Origin: Octopus vulgaris
Taxonomy: Eukaryota
DNA length: 64,000 nucleotides
Assembly (NCBI GenBank): GCA_951406725.2
Contig: OX597819.1
Coordinates: forward strand, 55,676,001 to 55,740,000
Reading direction: 5' to 3'
Under the pieces are notes generated by a model. That model was given only the letters and a program-made list of their open reading frames with translations, made no database searches and was not told the DNA's origin. Made by a program: the position numbers and the translations under genes. Below are positions 47,576 to 61,443 of this stretch, piece by piece; positions within the stretch are counted from its first letter, which is position 1, and every line of letters begins with the position of its first letter.

Positions 47576-50500
47576 GTAAGTTCTATTCCCCATTATTTTC
47601 AATATGATAAGATTATTAGTTTTGGGTTCTGTGCTCCTCTCCACTAAAAGTTATGTTCGTTGAATTATCCAACTATTTTCCTGTTAACCTCCTTACTCCC
47701 AAATTAAAAAAAAACAAAAACACCGAAGGATTCAGCTTGACCTCAATTCCCATTTGCCCCCTTCAACAAGATGTATCCCCTGAAAAAAATATACCACTGA
47801 GGGAATATCTGTTTCGTTGCTCGTCCGGAACAAAATATTCAACCCATAAGCTATACCTAAGCATTCTACTATTCAACTCTTTTTGAAAAGTCCCAAGGGT
47901 AGAGAAAAAAATTATCTTCGGAAATACTTCTAATACATTGTTTTATGAAGAAAAAAAATAGATAATTACTATGCTTTAATTGGAAACCGCTATGTTTACA
48001 TTCATTCATACACGCATATATAATCATAACATTGATATATTGTCCCAAGTATTTTAAATTCATATATATATACGCGCCGCACATACAATTACAGCGAAAC
48101 TTGAAAGAATTTTCTGATTTCTTGTATATTATATGATTATTGAGCTAGTGAGTAGTGTGAAAAAGAAATATTTGTCTATATATATCATGAAAATGTCTTT
48201 TGAAATTCTCAATTATTTTTGGATTAAAGGATAATCAAATTTTGAATTATTAAACTTAAAATTTGATAAACCAAATTGTTAAATCAGGGGAGGTAATTCA
48301 ACGCAAGAATATGTTGCGTCCTTTATTGATGTGTTAGAATTGGTAGAAGAAAAAAAAATTGTTTTGTTATTCACAGTTGTTACAATGAACTTAATTGCAT
48401 AAATATTCCAAATTAAAATACAAATCCCAAACCGAAGACAACACAATCACGAGCGAAAGGAAAAAAGAAAGAAGAAAAACATCAAATCAACACGAAGTGT
48501 ATCAATCGGTTGCACATCATTGGTAGAAGTATCGGAGAATCGAAATCTGCGAATCGATTTCAATTCCAGATCGTTATTATTTATTTAAGCTTGATTGGAT
48601 ACGGAAAATGTGCAAAAAAACCCCTCAACTTTTGTTTTTCTTTCTTTGGTTATCTTTGATGAAAACTGCGTAGTTAATGTGCTGCTTTCCTCAAAGATTA
48701 ACCAACTTCTAAACATGGGTATCTTTATGCGGTCGTGCAACCTGCTAGAAATCGCAGCAACATCTTCCTTAGATCAAATCCTTTCGTTAAAGTGAAAGAG
48801 AACTCATTATTACGCTCTGGATGCATTATACTTGGGAAAAAGACGGGATATACTGGTTAGCATACCTTCGATCGTAGATCTGTTAGATCAGGGCTAAGGA
48901 ATAACTACAACAAATATTCATTATTCAAGCCTATTATTGTTTTAGGTCGCGTTCCGTCCCGTTTCTTCATGTTAACAAGTTTTTCGCTTATTAATTAATT
49001 AATTTATTTATATAAACGGCTAACATAGCATACCTACACAAGTGTGTCCCACCATCGACTTTGTTTCTTCATAACTTTCATAAAAATGGATATTTTCCGT
49101 GATATTTTCTACAAATACTTTTCAGATGGCGTAGATTCCAATTATTTCAGAAATTAATGTGAAAAAAAAAAGAAAAGAAAAGAAAGAGAAATATTGGTGG
49201 GCACATATATTTTTTTTAATTTTCAAGTTCCATTTTGTAGAGATTTATATGATGTGTGTTAGTATATATGTGTGCGCACTCATCCAATTTTCTGTAAGTT
49301 ATGTGGAAACAAAGTCAGAAGTGGGACACATTTATGTGTGTCTGCTGCTAACTCAACATCTATTCATTTAAGTAGTAAAATTATTTACTGCAAACAAAAC
49401 AGAAAACACAATAGTAAAATAAATTTGGGAAAATCAAAGAAAAGAAATAAGTACCCAAATAAATAAAAAGGCATGCCTGTTCCTTCAATTATAAAAAAAA
49501 AAGACTCCGCCGGTTACGACGACGAGGGTCCCAGCTGATACGATCAACGGAACAGCTTGCTCGTGAAATTAACGTGCAAATGACTGAGCATTCCACAGAC
49601 ACGTGTACCCTTAACGTAGTTCTCGGGGATAATCAGCGTGACACAGAGAGTGACAAGGCTGACCCTTTGAAATACAAGTACAACTCATTTTTGCCAGCTG
49701 AGTGGACTGGAGCAACGTGAAATAAAGTGTCTTGCTCAAGGACACAACGCATCGCCGGGAATCGAACTCACAACCTTACGATCATGAGCCGAATGCCCTA
49801 ACCACTAAGCCACGCGCCCTCACCCTTCAATTATACATTACACCAGGGGACGCGATATTTTCATCATCTTATTCAATCTAAAGACTAGGTGTTAACTTGT
49901 TTAAAAGGTTTATTCTCTATCAATAGAACTGATACAAACATATTCTGTAAATGAACTGCGCTATCTGCAGTGAGTATATTTGACATGGTTTTTATGGCTG
50001 GATGCCCTTCTTAATGCTGGCATCCAGCCATAAAAATCATGTCAAATATTCTCACTGTGGATAGCACAATTCACATGAATTGACTTTGTTTCCTCAAAAC
50101 TTTCAGAAAAAATCAAGATAGGCATAGGAGTGGCTGTGTGGTAAGTAGCTTGCTTACCAACCACATGGTTCCGGGTTCAGTCCCACTGCGTGGCTCCATG
50201 GGCAAACCTGTCTACTGTGGGAATGAGGCCTGAAATTTTGTGGGGAGTGCAAAACTGGTATTTATCTAATCAACTCTGAAAGGATAAAAGGCAAAGAGGA
50301 GCTTGGCAAGTTTTGAACTCTGAAAGTAAAGATGGACAAAATGCCACTAAGCGTTTGGTCTGGTGTGTTAATGAATTTACCAGCTTACTGTTTTACTGCC
50401 AGCTATTATAATGACTTGCATGCAACAATGTTGTTCAAACATAAAAGCAGTCTCATCATTCGTCCAAGCCTTCAATTTCCATGTTTTTTTCCTGTAAGAT

Positions 50501-51545
50501 TCTATCTAGTATTCAAAGTGTCAATAATTATTAGCAATACATGTTACAGAGGTAAAGCTTTAAAATTGAGGCTCTTTGTGTTTAGTCAAAACACCATTAT
50601 TTAAATCGTTGTCCAGTAGCTATACAGATTTCTGCTTATGAAGACTTATTATACAGATATTACTAATACTTAAAAGCAGGCCTTAGGCGGGACACCTCGT
50701 GTACTTTAATATCTGTCTTTTGCATTCCATCATGATGCAGTTAGTTGTCTGTCATGTAGTCTCATAGTCACGTTATGTTTCATCAATTGTATTACAGTAG
50801 CTTAGCTGATGTGGAATCAGATAGTATAGACTTAATTTCCAGGGCTTTACAGTCTTATTACCTATAAAAATAGAAAGAAAAATATGAGATAAGGGAGATG
50901 ACTCAAGTGGACCAATGATAAAAATTTGAATATATGTTAAGATGTGACATACTAAATGCTGTACACAAAAATTCTCAATTATTAGAAAGGCATAGGTATA
51001 GCTGTGTGGTGAAGGGGTTTTGGGTTCAGTCCTATTGCTTGGCACTTTGAGCAGGTATCTTCTACTTTGCGTTTCCATCTATGAAACATACTTACGAGCT
51101 TTGGACAGCCCAGGGTTGACCTAAGCCTCATAAGTATATATACATAAATATATGTGTATGTTCAATACTTTTTATGTTCCTTGGGCTGCTTCTCATTCAT
51201 ATTTAGACTTTTTCCCTGGTATGAAACATTGGGACATACCAGCATGTGGTTCTCACACCAGTTTGCAAATAGTTATAGAGAGTGATTTAGCTTGAGTCTG
51301 GCCTTGTTTTGGGTATTTGGTATTGATAAGTCACAAAGATGTCGAAACAGTAATGTCTACCACTCCTGCAATGGGACCTGGCGTGAGTTACTTCACTTGT
51401 CTATGACTTCTTGGTGTCTTTACACCTGGTGTATTGATGAGAAAATTTTCTCTCATGCCAATAAATCTCAGCCTGCCCCATGAACTAGTAAAACATACCT
51501 TGTGTGTGTGTGTGTGTGTGTTTGATATTGTATCTATCTATCTAT

Positions 51546-51579
<34 letters not shown>

Positions 51580-52226
51580 AGAATTCAAGAAAAAAACAAA
51601 AGACGAAGACAGGTGGTGTAGAAAACAAACAGATGTATTAGTATAACGCTCAGGAATTGAAAAAGTCTTTAACATTTTGAGCCTACGCTCTTCCACAGAA
51701 AGAAACAAGGAGAGAAAAAAAATGTTTAGTGGCTACCGATCTATCATGGCGTATATATCACTCATATATATGTGTGTGTGTATGAGTGAGAGGACAAACG
51801 AAAAAAAAAATGAACATTTATCAGGAATTACATATATCATTTAAAACAGTTTGATTCAGTTTCCATGCTACTTCAAGTTTCACAGGCCCCCTTCAGGCTT
51901 CCGGAATAACTGAATGAAATATATATATATAGCTGAATATATATATGTATACATGATGAGCCTCCTTTGATTTCCATCTACCAGATCTACTCACAAGGCT
52001 TTGATCAACCTGGGATTAGTAGAGGATTCTTGACGAAAGTGCCATGTGTTGGGACTGAACATGAGATCACATGATTAGGAAGCAAAGCTTATCAACCACA
52101 CAGTCATGCTTACACTATTAGTATGTGTGTGTGTGTGTGTGTATGTGTGTGTACTGCTCCTTTCAACAAAACACGTATATAAAGAGAGCCGCCTCTATTG
52201 CATAAGTCAAACATATGACGAAACAA

Positions 52227-52264
<38 letters not shown>

Positions 52265-52265
<1 letters not shown>

Positions 52266-52585
52266 CATCATCATCATCATCGTTTAACGTCCGCTTTCCA
52301 TGCTAGCATGGGTTGGATGGTTCAACTGGGGTCTGGCAAGCTCGAAGGCTGCACCAGGCCAGTCAGATCTGGCAGTGTTTCTACAGCTGGATGCCCTTCC
52401 TAACGCCAACCACTCCGAGAGTGTAGTGGGTGATTTTATGTGCCACCGACACAGGTGCCAGACGAGGCTGGCAGACAGCCACGCTCGGATGGTGTTTTTA
52501 TGTGCCACCGACACAGGTGCCAGACGAGGCTGGCAGACGGCCACGCTCGGATGGTGTTTTTATGTGCCACCGACACAGGTGCCAA
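52265..52585 (-). mobile_element. RTE 3'-end copy (related subfamily) with three ~62-bp internal repeats
   Basis: (CAT)n-CGTTTAACGTCCG..CTACAGCTGGATGCCCTTCC; repeated TTTATGTGCCACCGACACAGGTGCCA. Confidence 0.8.
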
Positions 52586-52644
52586 TATTATATATTATAT
52601 ATATATTATATATTATATATATATTATATATATATATATATATT

Positions 52645-55600
52645 ATAAGGGGATATAGCTTCACTAAATGTGGAAGACAACTGGAGATTCCTACGGGACA
52701 ATCTGCTGACAGCCACTGACCAGATCTGTGGATGGAGCAAAGTACCATCTCGACCCAGAGTAACATGGTGGTGGAACACTGTGGTTGACAGGGCTATTAG
52801 ACAAAAGAGACAGGCTTGGAAGGACTGGAAGAATGGTGGTAGCAGGGAATTGTATCAGACAGCCAGAAGGGAAGCTAGGAGACAGGTTTATCTAGCCAGA
52901 GGGGAAGCGGATAAGAAAAAATTTGCCAATGTTCTGAGCCGTGAGGATGAAAGACTTGAGGTATTTCGTGTTGCAAGACAGTGTGTGAGAGAGAATCGTG
53001 ATGTGGTAGGAGAGAAGTGTGTTCGCATGGATGATGGTTCACTTGCGCTAAATGAGGATGCAAAGAGAGAGGTTTGGAGATGCCACTATGAAAGGTTGCT
53101 GAATAAAGAAAATGAATGGGATAAAGAGAGTCTGCCGAATGTTGACCCAACAGAGGGACCAGCTATCCGAGTTGATAGCTCCGTGGTAGCTAAGGCAATT
53201 AGAAGCATGAAGACAGGGAAAGCCCCAGGCCCATCAGGAATTACTGCAGAGATGCTCAAAATATCTGGCAGTGTCGGCTATAGCCTAGTCACCCGTATAG
53301 TCAACCAGGTGATACACGAAGGAGTCATACCCAATGACTGGTGTAGCAGCACACTAGTCAACTGCTACAAAGGTAAAGGTGATGCCCTAGATACAAATAA
53401 TTACAGAGGTATCAAGCTGTTGGATCAAGTAATGAAGGTTACGGAGAGGGTCATAGCCCAACTAATTAGAGAGAGAGTTAGTTTAGATGAGATGCAGTTT
53501 GGGTTCGTGCCAGGGAAAAGTACCACTGATGCTATATTCCTGGTAAGGCAGCTGCAGGAGAAATACCTAGCCAAAGATAAGCCCCTGTACCTGGCTTTTG
53601 TTGACATGGAGAAAGCTTTTGATAGGGTCCCCCGATCCCTTATCTGGTGGTCAATGAGGAAACTGGGGATAGATGAATGGCTGGTGAGGACTGTGCAAGC
53701 CATGTACAGAGATGCCGTAAGTAAGGTTAGGGTTGGCAACATGTACACAGAAGAATTCAAAGTAGAGGTTGGGGTCCACCAGGGTTCAGTACTCAGCCCC
53801 CTCCTATTTATCATAGTCCTCTAGGCAATTACGGAGGAATTCAAGACAGGTTGTCCCTGGGAGCTCCTCTACGCTGACGACCTTGCTCTTATTGCTGAGT
53901 CACTATCAGAGCTTGAGGAGAAGTTCCAGGTGTGGAAGGAGGGTTTAGAATCGAGGGGCCTTAGAGTCAACCTAGCTAAAACCAAAGTACTAATAAGTAG
54001 GAAGGTAGACAATCCACAAATGTCTTCAGGTGTAGGTAGAAACTCTATAAGATGTACCCAGTGTAAGCTATGGACACATAAGAGGTGCAGCAATGTCAAA
54101 GGTAGGCTAACTGGGAAGATAGTTTTTGTATGTGGCAGATGCTCTGGAGCATTAACCTCCGAAAATCTGCAGAAAATAACTTCCGTCACTTTCCAGGGGG
54201 AAAAACTAGAAGTAGTTGATAGCTTCCGTTATCTAGGTGACCAAGTCAGTAGTGGGGGTGGGTGCGCTGAAAGTGTAACTGCTAGAATAAGAATAGCCTG
54301 GGCAAAGTTTAGGGAGCTCTTACCTCTGCTGGTGACTAAAGGCCTCTCGCTCAGAGTAAAAGGCAGACTGTATGATGCGTGTGTACGAACAGCCATGCTA
54401 CATGGCAGTGAAACATGGGCCATGACTGCCGAGGACATGCGTAAGCTCGTGAGGAATGAAGCCAGTATGCTCCGACGGATGTGTAATGTCAGTGTACATA
54501 CTCGACAGAGCGTTAGCACCTTGAGAGAAATGTTGTACCTAAGAGGCATCAGTTGTGGTGTGCAAGAGAGACGATTGCGCTGGTATGGTCATGTGGCGAG
54601 AATGGATGAAGATAGGTGTGTGAGAAAGTGCCAATCCTTAGCAGTTGAGGGAACCCGTGGAAGAGGTAGACCCAGGAAAACCTGGGACGAGGTGGTGAAG
54701 CACAACCTTCGAACTTTAGGCCTCACTGAGGAAATGACCAGCGACCGAGACCTTTGGAAATATTCTGTACGTGAGAAGACCAGGCAGGACAAGTGAGCCC
54801 AGCCCACTTATGAATGCCTTCCCTCCCTTGGACACAAAGACCTGTTGAGGCAAGCGAAGTCGATATAGAACCTCATCCGACGACAGGCACCCATGCCAAC
54901 CCCCTTTGCTTGCGAAGACATGTTGGGGCAAGCGAAATCGAAATCGAATTGAACCAGCCAGGATCCCTGGTCTGGTGGTACGTAAAAAGCACTATCCGAC
55001 TCGTGGCCGATGCCAGCGCCGCCTCCACTGGCTTCCGTGCCGGTGGCACGTAAAATACACCAATCTGACCGTACGACAGGCACCCATGCCAACCCCCTTG
55101 CTTGCGAAGACATGTTGGGGCAAGCGAAATCGAATTGAACCAGCCAGGATCCCTGGTCTGGTGGTACATAAAAAGCACTATCCGACTCGTGGCCGATGCC
55201 TCCACTGGCTTCCGTGCCGGTGGCACGTAAAATACACCAATCTGACCGTACGACAGGCACCCATGCCAACCCCCTTGCTTGCGAAGACATGTTGGGGCAA
55301 GCGAAAACGAAATCGAAATCGAATTGAACCAGCCAGGATCCCTGGTCTGGTGGTACGTAAAAAGCACTATCCGACTCGTGGCCGATGCCAGCGCCGCCTC
55401 CACTGGCTTCCGTGCCGGTGGCACGTAAAATACACCAATCTGACCGTACGACAGGCACCCATGCCAACCCCATTGCTTGCGAAGACATGTTGGGGCAAGC
55501 GAAATCGAAATCGAATTGAACCAGCCAGGATCCCTGGTCTGGTGGTACGTAAAAAGCACTATCCGACTCGTGGCCGATGCCAGCACCCCCTCGTTTGGCT

Positions 55601-55863
55601 TCCGCGCAGGTGGCACATAAAATACACCAATCCGACCGTGGCCGTTGCCAGCCTCGCCTGGCACCTGTGCAGGTGGCACGTGAAAAGCACCCACTACACT
55701 CACGGAGTGGTTGGCGTTCGGAAGGGCATCCAGCTGTAGAAACACTGCCAGATAAGACTGGAGCCTGGTGCAGCCTTCTGGCTTTCCAGATCCCCGGTCG
55801 AACCGTCCAACCCATGCTAGCATGGAGAACGGACGTTAAACGATGATGATGATGATGATGATG
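52645..55863 (+). mobile_element. 5'-truncated RTE-clade LINE, little decayed, with tandemly repeated 3'UTR
   Basis: GKAPGPSGI, NYRGIKLL, QFGFVPGKSTTDAIF, FVDMEKAFDRV, GVHQGSVLSPLLF, YADD, RRLRWYGHV, GRPRKTW; single TAG at 53822-53824, frame continues to 54796; (GAT)n tail. Confidence 0.95.
54881..55637 (+). repeat. Four 177-198-bp tandem repeats in the RTE 3'UTR
   Basis: Units begin CGACAGGCACCCATGCC at 54881, 55074, 55251, 55449. Confidence 0.95.
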
Positions 55864-55900
55864 ATATATATATATATATATTATATATATATTATATATA

Positions 55901-55978
<78 letters not shown>

Positions 55979-57004
55979 TATATTATATATATATATATAT
56001 ATATATACATATAGACAGTTGAAATTTACAGAAGAACGAGACAAAGACAGGGTTATAAACAACAAGCAGGTGTATTAGTTTGATGCGCAGGAAAGTGAGA
56101 AAGTTTTTTTACATTTCAAGCCAATGCTCTTCAACAGAAAGGAACATGAGGAAATAAACAGAGAGAGAGAATAAAAAACTTGTGGAGTTAGTGGTCATTC
56201 ATGGCAACATATATGTGGCTGTGTGGTAAGTAGCTTGCTTACCAACCAGTCCCACTGTGTGGCACCTTGGCAAGTGTCTTCTACTATAGCCTCAGGCTGA
56301 CCAAAGCCTTGTGAGTGGATTTGGTAGACAGAAACTGAAAGAAGCCCGTCGTATATATGTATATATATATATATGTATATATATATGTGTGTGTGTTTAC
56401 GTCATTGTAACTTAGTGGTTCGGCAAAAGAAACCGATAGAATAAGTACTAGGCTTACAAAGAATAAGTCCTGGGGTCGATTTCAGTCAAATGACTGAAAC
56501 AAGTAAAAGAGTGTGATGGTGGGGGGTCAGGTGGGTAGAGCAAATAAAACAGAATCTGATTGTTTTGTTTTATCATTGTAATGTTGTCATTTAAATTTTG
56601 TTTTGTTTGGGGAAAAAATCCTGCTTCAAATTTCTATTCCAAATACTAATTATACTATTTAACTATGATAACGGGTGGGAATGTTGCTAATTAAGTTATA
56701 TACACAATTGTACCAATCTATGGATTAAGGATTAACAGAGTAAGCAGAATTATACACACTAACACACACAAACAAATACACACATTTAAATGTATATACA
56801 CATGTTATGGTGAGAATGTATTAATGTTTTTTGTTTGTTGCAATATGTATGCGTTGATATGTGTACATATTGTTGATTGTTTTATACACACACATGTATG
56901 AATGTGTATACACACATAATGTAAATAGATAGGTAGGTAGGTAGATAGGTAGGTAGGTAGGTAGATAGATAGATGGATAGGGAAATAGATAGATAGATAG
57001 ATAT

Positions 57005-57345
57005 GTTTCTTTATTAGCCACACAGGGCTGAACACAGAGGGGACAAATTACAAAGTAGAGCTTTTCTTTTGGGGGAGAAAAAATAAGAAGAAAAGAAAAA
57101 AGGTGGGGGTAGGTTTTCGATCAAAAGGGATCGTAAAAAAATAAAATAAAATAAAAAAACGATCAATAGGGATCATGTATCACAGAAATGTCATGATGTA
57201 AAGTGTAAAGGGGGGGGGAACAGATAAGGTTTATCCGTGGAAAGAAAAGCCTACGGAAAAGACCACGGTAACCATGGTCAATAATGTCACATGTTAACAC
57301 ATTTATTTGCAAGTAAGTAACTCTCTGTTTTAAATTTTTCCGGGT
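57005..57345 (-). mobile_element. Tx1-type 3'UTR inserted in (GATA)n
   Basis: Ends TGTCCCCTCTGTGTTCAGCCCTGTGTGGCTAATAAAGAAAC; AGATAGATAGAT on both flanks. Confidence 0.7.
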
Positions 57346-57359
57346 TCAGATAGATAGAT

Positions 57360-59650
57360 CAATGTGTGATTTGTAAAACCTGCATAGCCTGAAGATCCAC
57401 CGGGCCAGAACGAAATGCATGGAGGCTGTGTATGTGCTACAACGTAACAGGGACTATTCCTGGTGAGACACAGGAGAAACATTTAGCCCGCAGGTCTCAG
57501 AGCCTCCAAGTGTTGCAAGCCCCTGACCTAAGTAGAATAACAGAGCATTGTCAAGTTGACTACATCTCCAAAGCAACAGCCAAAGGTAATGCCTTTTGTT
57601 GTGTTCAGACAATGACCGTTATTATCATCAGACTTGTGGCTGAGGGATTCAGACTGGAAGAAAAAGAAAAGATGATGCCTTCCTATGTTATAAGCAACAA
57701 TGGCAAAAGTATCCACTGACTCAGACAAGAGCTTACGAGCTTGAAAGGGCAATTCAGAGAAGCAAAGGAGGAGGAGAGGTGTCCTCTAATGGACTTGCTG
57801 AATATACTCCAATGAGGAGGATTGAAAGGCATAAGAGACAGTGCAGAGAGAGAACCAAGAAAGGAGCTGATTTTCTAGCTAACCAGTGATGGTTTACAAA
57901 ACAACTACTGGGTCAGAAGTATAGTGATCAACTCAACTGTTCCAAAGGTAAGACTAACATTTATTTCAGAGCCACCTTCAGCAATGATTCTTGGGACCAT
58001 GACCTAGAGACTGCTGATCCTTGATTGGCTCACCTACATCAACTAAAGAATTTGATGGGAAGAAGCTCAACTGGAAGGATGACCAGGATGCGGTCAAGAA
58101 GGCATGAACAGGTTTAGATCCAGGACTAAGTGGGGTACCTTACAAGGTGTAAAAGAACTGCCCAAGGGTGCTCCACAGGCTCTAGAGGATCCCATTGGTT
58201 ATTTAGAAATGAGACAGGGTGGCTTAGTGATGGAGGTATGTAGAAGTGCATGTGGATTCTGGAGGAAGAGTCAAAGACCATCAGTCTGTTTAATATAATC
58301 TTCCTCAATGGCGAGGGGGATGTATTCTTCAGCATTGTTGCTTAGCACCTGATTGACTACCTCCTAAGGAATTCCTGTCATGATATCTTGGTTCAGAAAG
58401 GAGGTATTCCAATGGTGTCAGGGTGTGTGGAGCACTGAAGTGTGGTCATCCAGTCAATCAGGGAAGCCCAAGAGAACAAAGGAGACTTATCAGTGCTGTT
58501 GCTGGATATTAAAAATGTCTGTGGTCCATACCCCATAAGCTGGTTGAAGATGCTTTAAACAGGCACCATATCCCAGACAGATTCAGAGATCTCATTCTGG
58601 ACTATTACAACAGCTTCAGTCTGATAGTCATTGCTGCTTCCACAGCATCAGAGTGGCAAAAGCTCAAAAAAGGGACTAGCACTAGATGTACCATTTTAGC
58701 AACCCTTTATGTGCTTGCAATGAACATGTCTAGTGTTTGGCAGCCCCTCTTAGGACCATGTCCAGTGTTTGGCTGCCCCCTACATTAGGACCATTATGGA
58801 TGATCTGTAACAACATCAGTCACGAGGGACAGAAGGATCCTAAAGATCCTTGTTGTGTTGAAGACTGAGGATCACATGAGTTTTAATCCAGTTAAGTCCA
58901 GATATCTTGTGCTGAAGAAAGGTAAGATTAGAATCAGGTTCAGTTCCTTGGTTAGTTGCACTCAAATACCATTTGTCACTGAGAAACCAGTGAGAAGCCT
59001 AGGAAAGGTGTTTAAGAGTAGCCTGAGTGACATCTCATCCATCCATGAAACCATCAAAGCACTGGAAACCTGACCATCCACAGTGGACAAGTTAGGTCTT
59101 CCTGGCAAGTTTAAGGCCTAGATTTACTAACATGGCATCCTCCCACAGATTCTTTGGTCACTCTTGGTATATAAGGTCCCAAATTCCACAGTGGAGGGCT
59201 TGGAGAGGAGAGTCAGCAGCAAGTTTCTGTGGAAATGGCTGAGGCTTCCTCGGTGCCTGAGCAGCATCACTTCTATATGAAACTTCCCATCAGCAGCCTG
59301 AGAGAAGAATTCATGGTCATCTGTGCTGGGGAGGTGTTGCAGTACTGAGATCCCTGTAACCCTAAAGCTCCTCAGGCTGATTATTGAGGTCATAACAAGA
59401 CAGAAGTGGAGAGCAATGGAAGCTGTCAAGGCTTCAGAGTTGTAGCCAAGACACAGAGCACTTGTGGGTGTTGTGCTGTGTGGAAGGGCTAGCCTGGGTA
59501 GTACTTCAGTATCTCTGTGACAAGGAGCTACTGATCCAAAATGTTGTGTGAGCTTTGATTGTGGAGGAACAAGCCAGCAAGTGTGTTGAGATGAGGCACC
59601 AGAGAACCTATCTAAAATGGGACCAAGCAGAAGCACACAAAAGTCTCATG
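57360..59650 (+). mobile_element. Decayed HERO/NeSL-like RLE non-LTR retrotransposon
   Basis: QKGGIP.VSGCVEH, IREAQENKGDLSVLLLD, IPHKLV, PVKSRYLVLKKGK, EKPVRSLGK, LPGKFKA..HGILP. Confidence 0.8.
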
Positions 59651-59699
59651 ATTTGAACTTTGGAGTATAGAGTCCCACCAGATAAAATTCTAATTCTAA

Positions 59700-60440
59700 T
59701 TGTTGAAAGACATAGGACCATCCATTGCATTCTCTGTTGATCCAAGGCTTAACAATTTTATTCAGAACCTCAATATATGCAGCAGCATTCATCCTAAGGC
59801 CTTGTGGAAAAAAGTGAGGAGGCATTACATGTCCTTCATTGCTAACAACACCCAAAACCATGATACTTGCAGGAAATTTTGTGTGCAATACTCTTGGAAC
59901 CTCAGAAAGGTCTGCACATAGCCATCTATCATTTCTTCTGTTAGTTGTCTGGTCCTGATCAATGTTTTTCTCATCTGAGAAAAACCAAATCACACCATAT
60001 TCAGATGGATTTTTAAGATTGTTCAAATCTTTTCGATCTGATTAAACTGTTTTCTTTTGGTTTTTTTCTGACATGAATTGACCTCTCCTCATCATGTAAG
60101 ATTTGTATCTGATGTCTTCATGCACAACATTTCTGATTGCTTTTTCTGATGCATGAAATGATTTTGCAATTGCCCTCATTGATTTTCCTGGATTGTCTTC
60201 AATCTTTTGCTTAACTTCCTGAATAAATTCAGGTGTCCTGATTAAATCAGATCGTTTGGAATGTTTTTTTACATTTTGATACAGGTAATACACTTCCATC
60301 TTCCTTCTCTAACTCACACCCAATCTTGTGGACAAAAGATCTTGCAACTTTCAGAAAACAAGAAATTTCTAAATCACCATGTTTAGCCTTCAAAGCCACA
60401 ATCACAGCATACCTTTTCATTTCATTAGTAAGCATATATA
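59700..60440 (-). mobile_element. Tc1/mariner (maT/DD37D-like) transposase, frameshifted and 3'-truncated
   Basis: HTH region..SMRAIAK, WFFSDEK..NRRNDR, KFPASIMVLGVVS, YVFQQ (breaks before the second D). Confidence 0.85.
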
Positions 60441-61387
60441 TAAATTTAATCTGGTCTGAGGCAGTTGTAAAAGACACTTGTCCAGCCATGCAGTAGGATC
60501 AAACTCCCATTCTCATGATTATGAAATGAATTTCTTAATGACTTGGCCATGCCTACGTCAGTTTTAGCCACTCTCACACACATAGGCAAATAGTTAGATA
60601 GCTCTAGCTAGATAGACAAAGAGCATTATTAAAATCTGTGTATATGTGTAGTGTTTATATGTGCATGTGGATAGTAGTAGCAAGTATGCAAACGTGCATA
60701 CATATCATTGGTGTTAAACCATGAATTTAAATGTGAAAGCAAGAAAGATCTACTTAACATTGATCCATCAAATCTATTGATTCTCTAATCAGATTTTAAC
60801 CACTGTATTTTCTGCTTTGGCCCAGACTTCTCCCCATCCCCTTCTTACTCCTCTACCCCCTACCACGTCCACCCCACCCCCGTTTGCCACGTTTTAAGCT
60901 TGCGTGAATGCATGTCAAATTTGCCACCCTCTGTCTTACATTAGATCCGGTATTTAGATATTTATCTACCCACCTCTTAACGCATTTTCCCCCTGTCCAC
61001 CTCCTTTCATCCAAATCCTGGACACTATAAATTCTTTGATCTCTACAACTGTACACACTTCATCTTGTAAAGTGGTGCAAGGAAGACCTGTTAAGATTCG
61101 TGCTTGCTGCTCAAACAGCTTCTTTTCTAATATTTTTGCAATTTTTTGATATCTGATCTGCTGTTTAAAGAAGCATCAAGCAATTCAGCTTTTAACCAAA
61201 ATCAAACAAAAAACAAAACAAACAAATCTTGACATCAAAACTTGAGCAAAAATGTTTGGTGTTCATCATAGCAGCATATCTTCTGGCTTGCATACCTTTT
61301 CCATGTGGGAACATTATGTTACTGGTGCTCTTTACTTGATAATTGGTAAGTAGCATTTCATTCCATTGGATTTTCTTGTTTTCTTTC

Positions 61388-61443
<56 letters not shown>

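Noticed and set aside
51292-51483. Possible retinochrome exon 2
   Set aside because: The open frame does not resemble TM1-TM2 of retinochrome and the acceptor is weak.
54808-55846. 277-335 aa repetitive ORFs on both strands
   Set aside because: Stop-free by-products of the GC-rich RTE 3'UTR tandem repeats.
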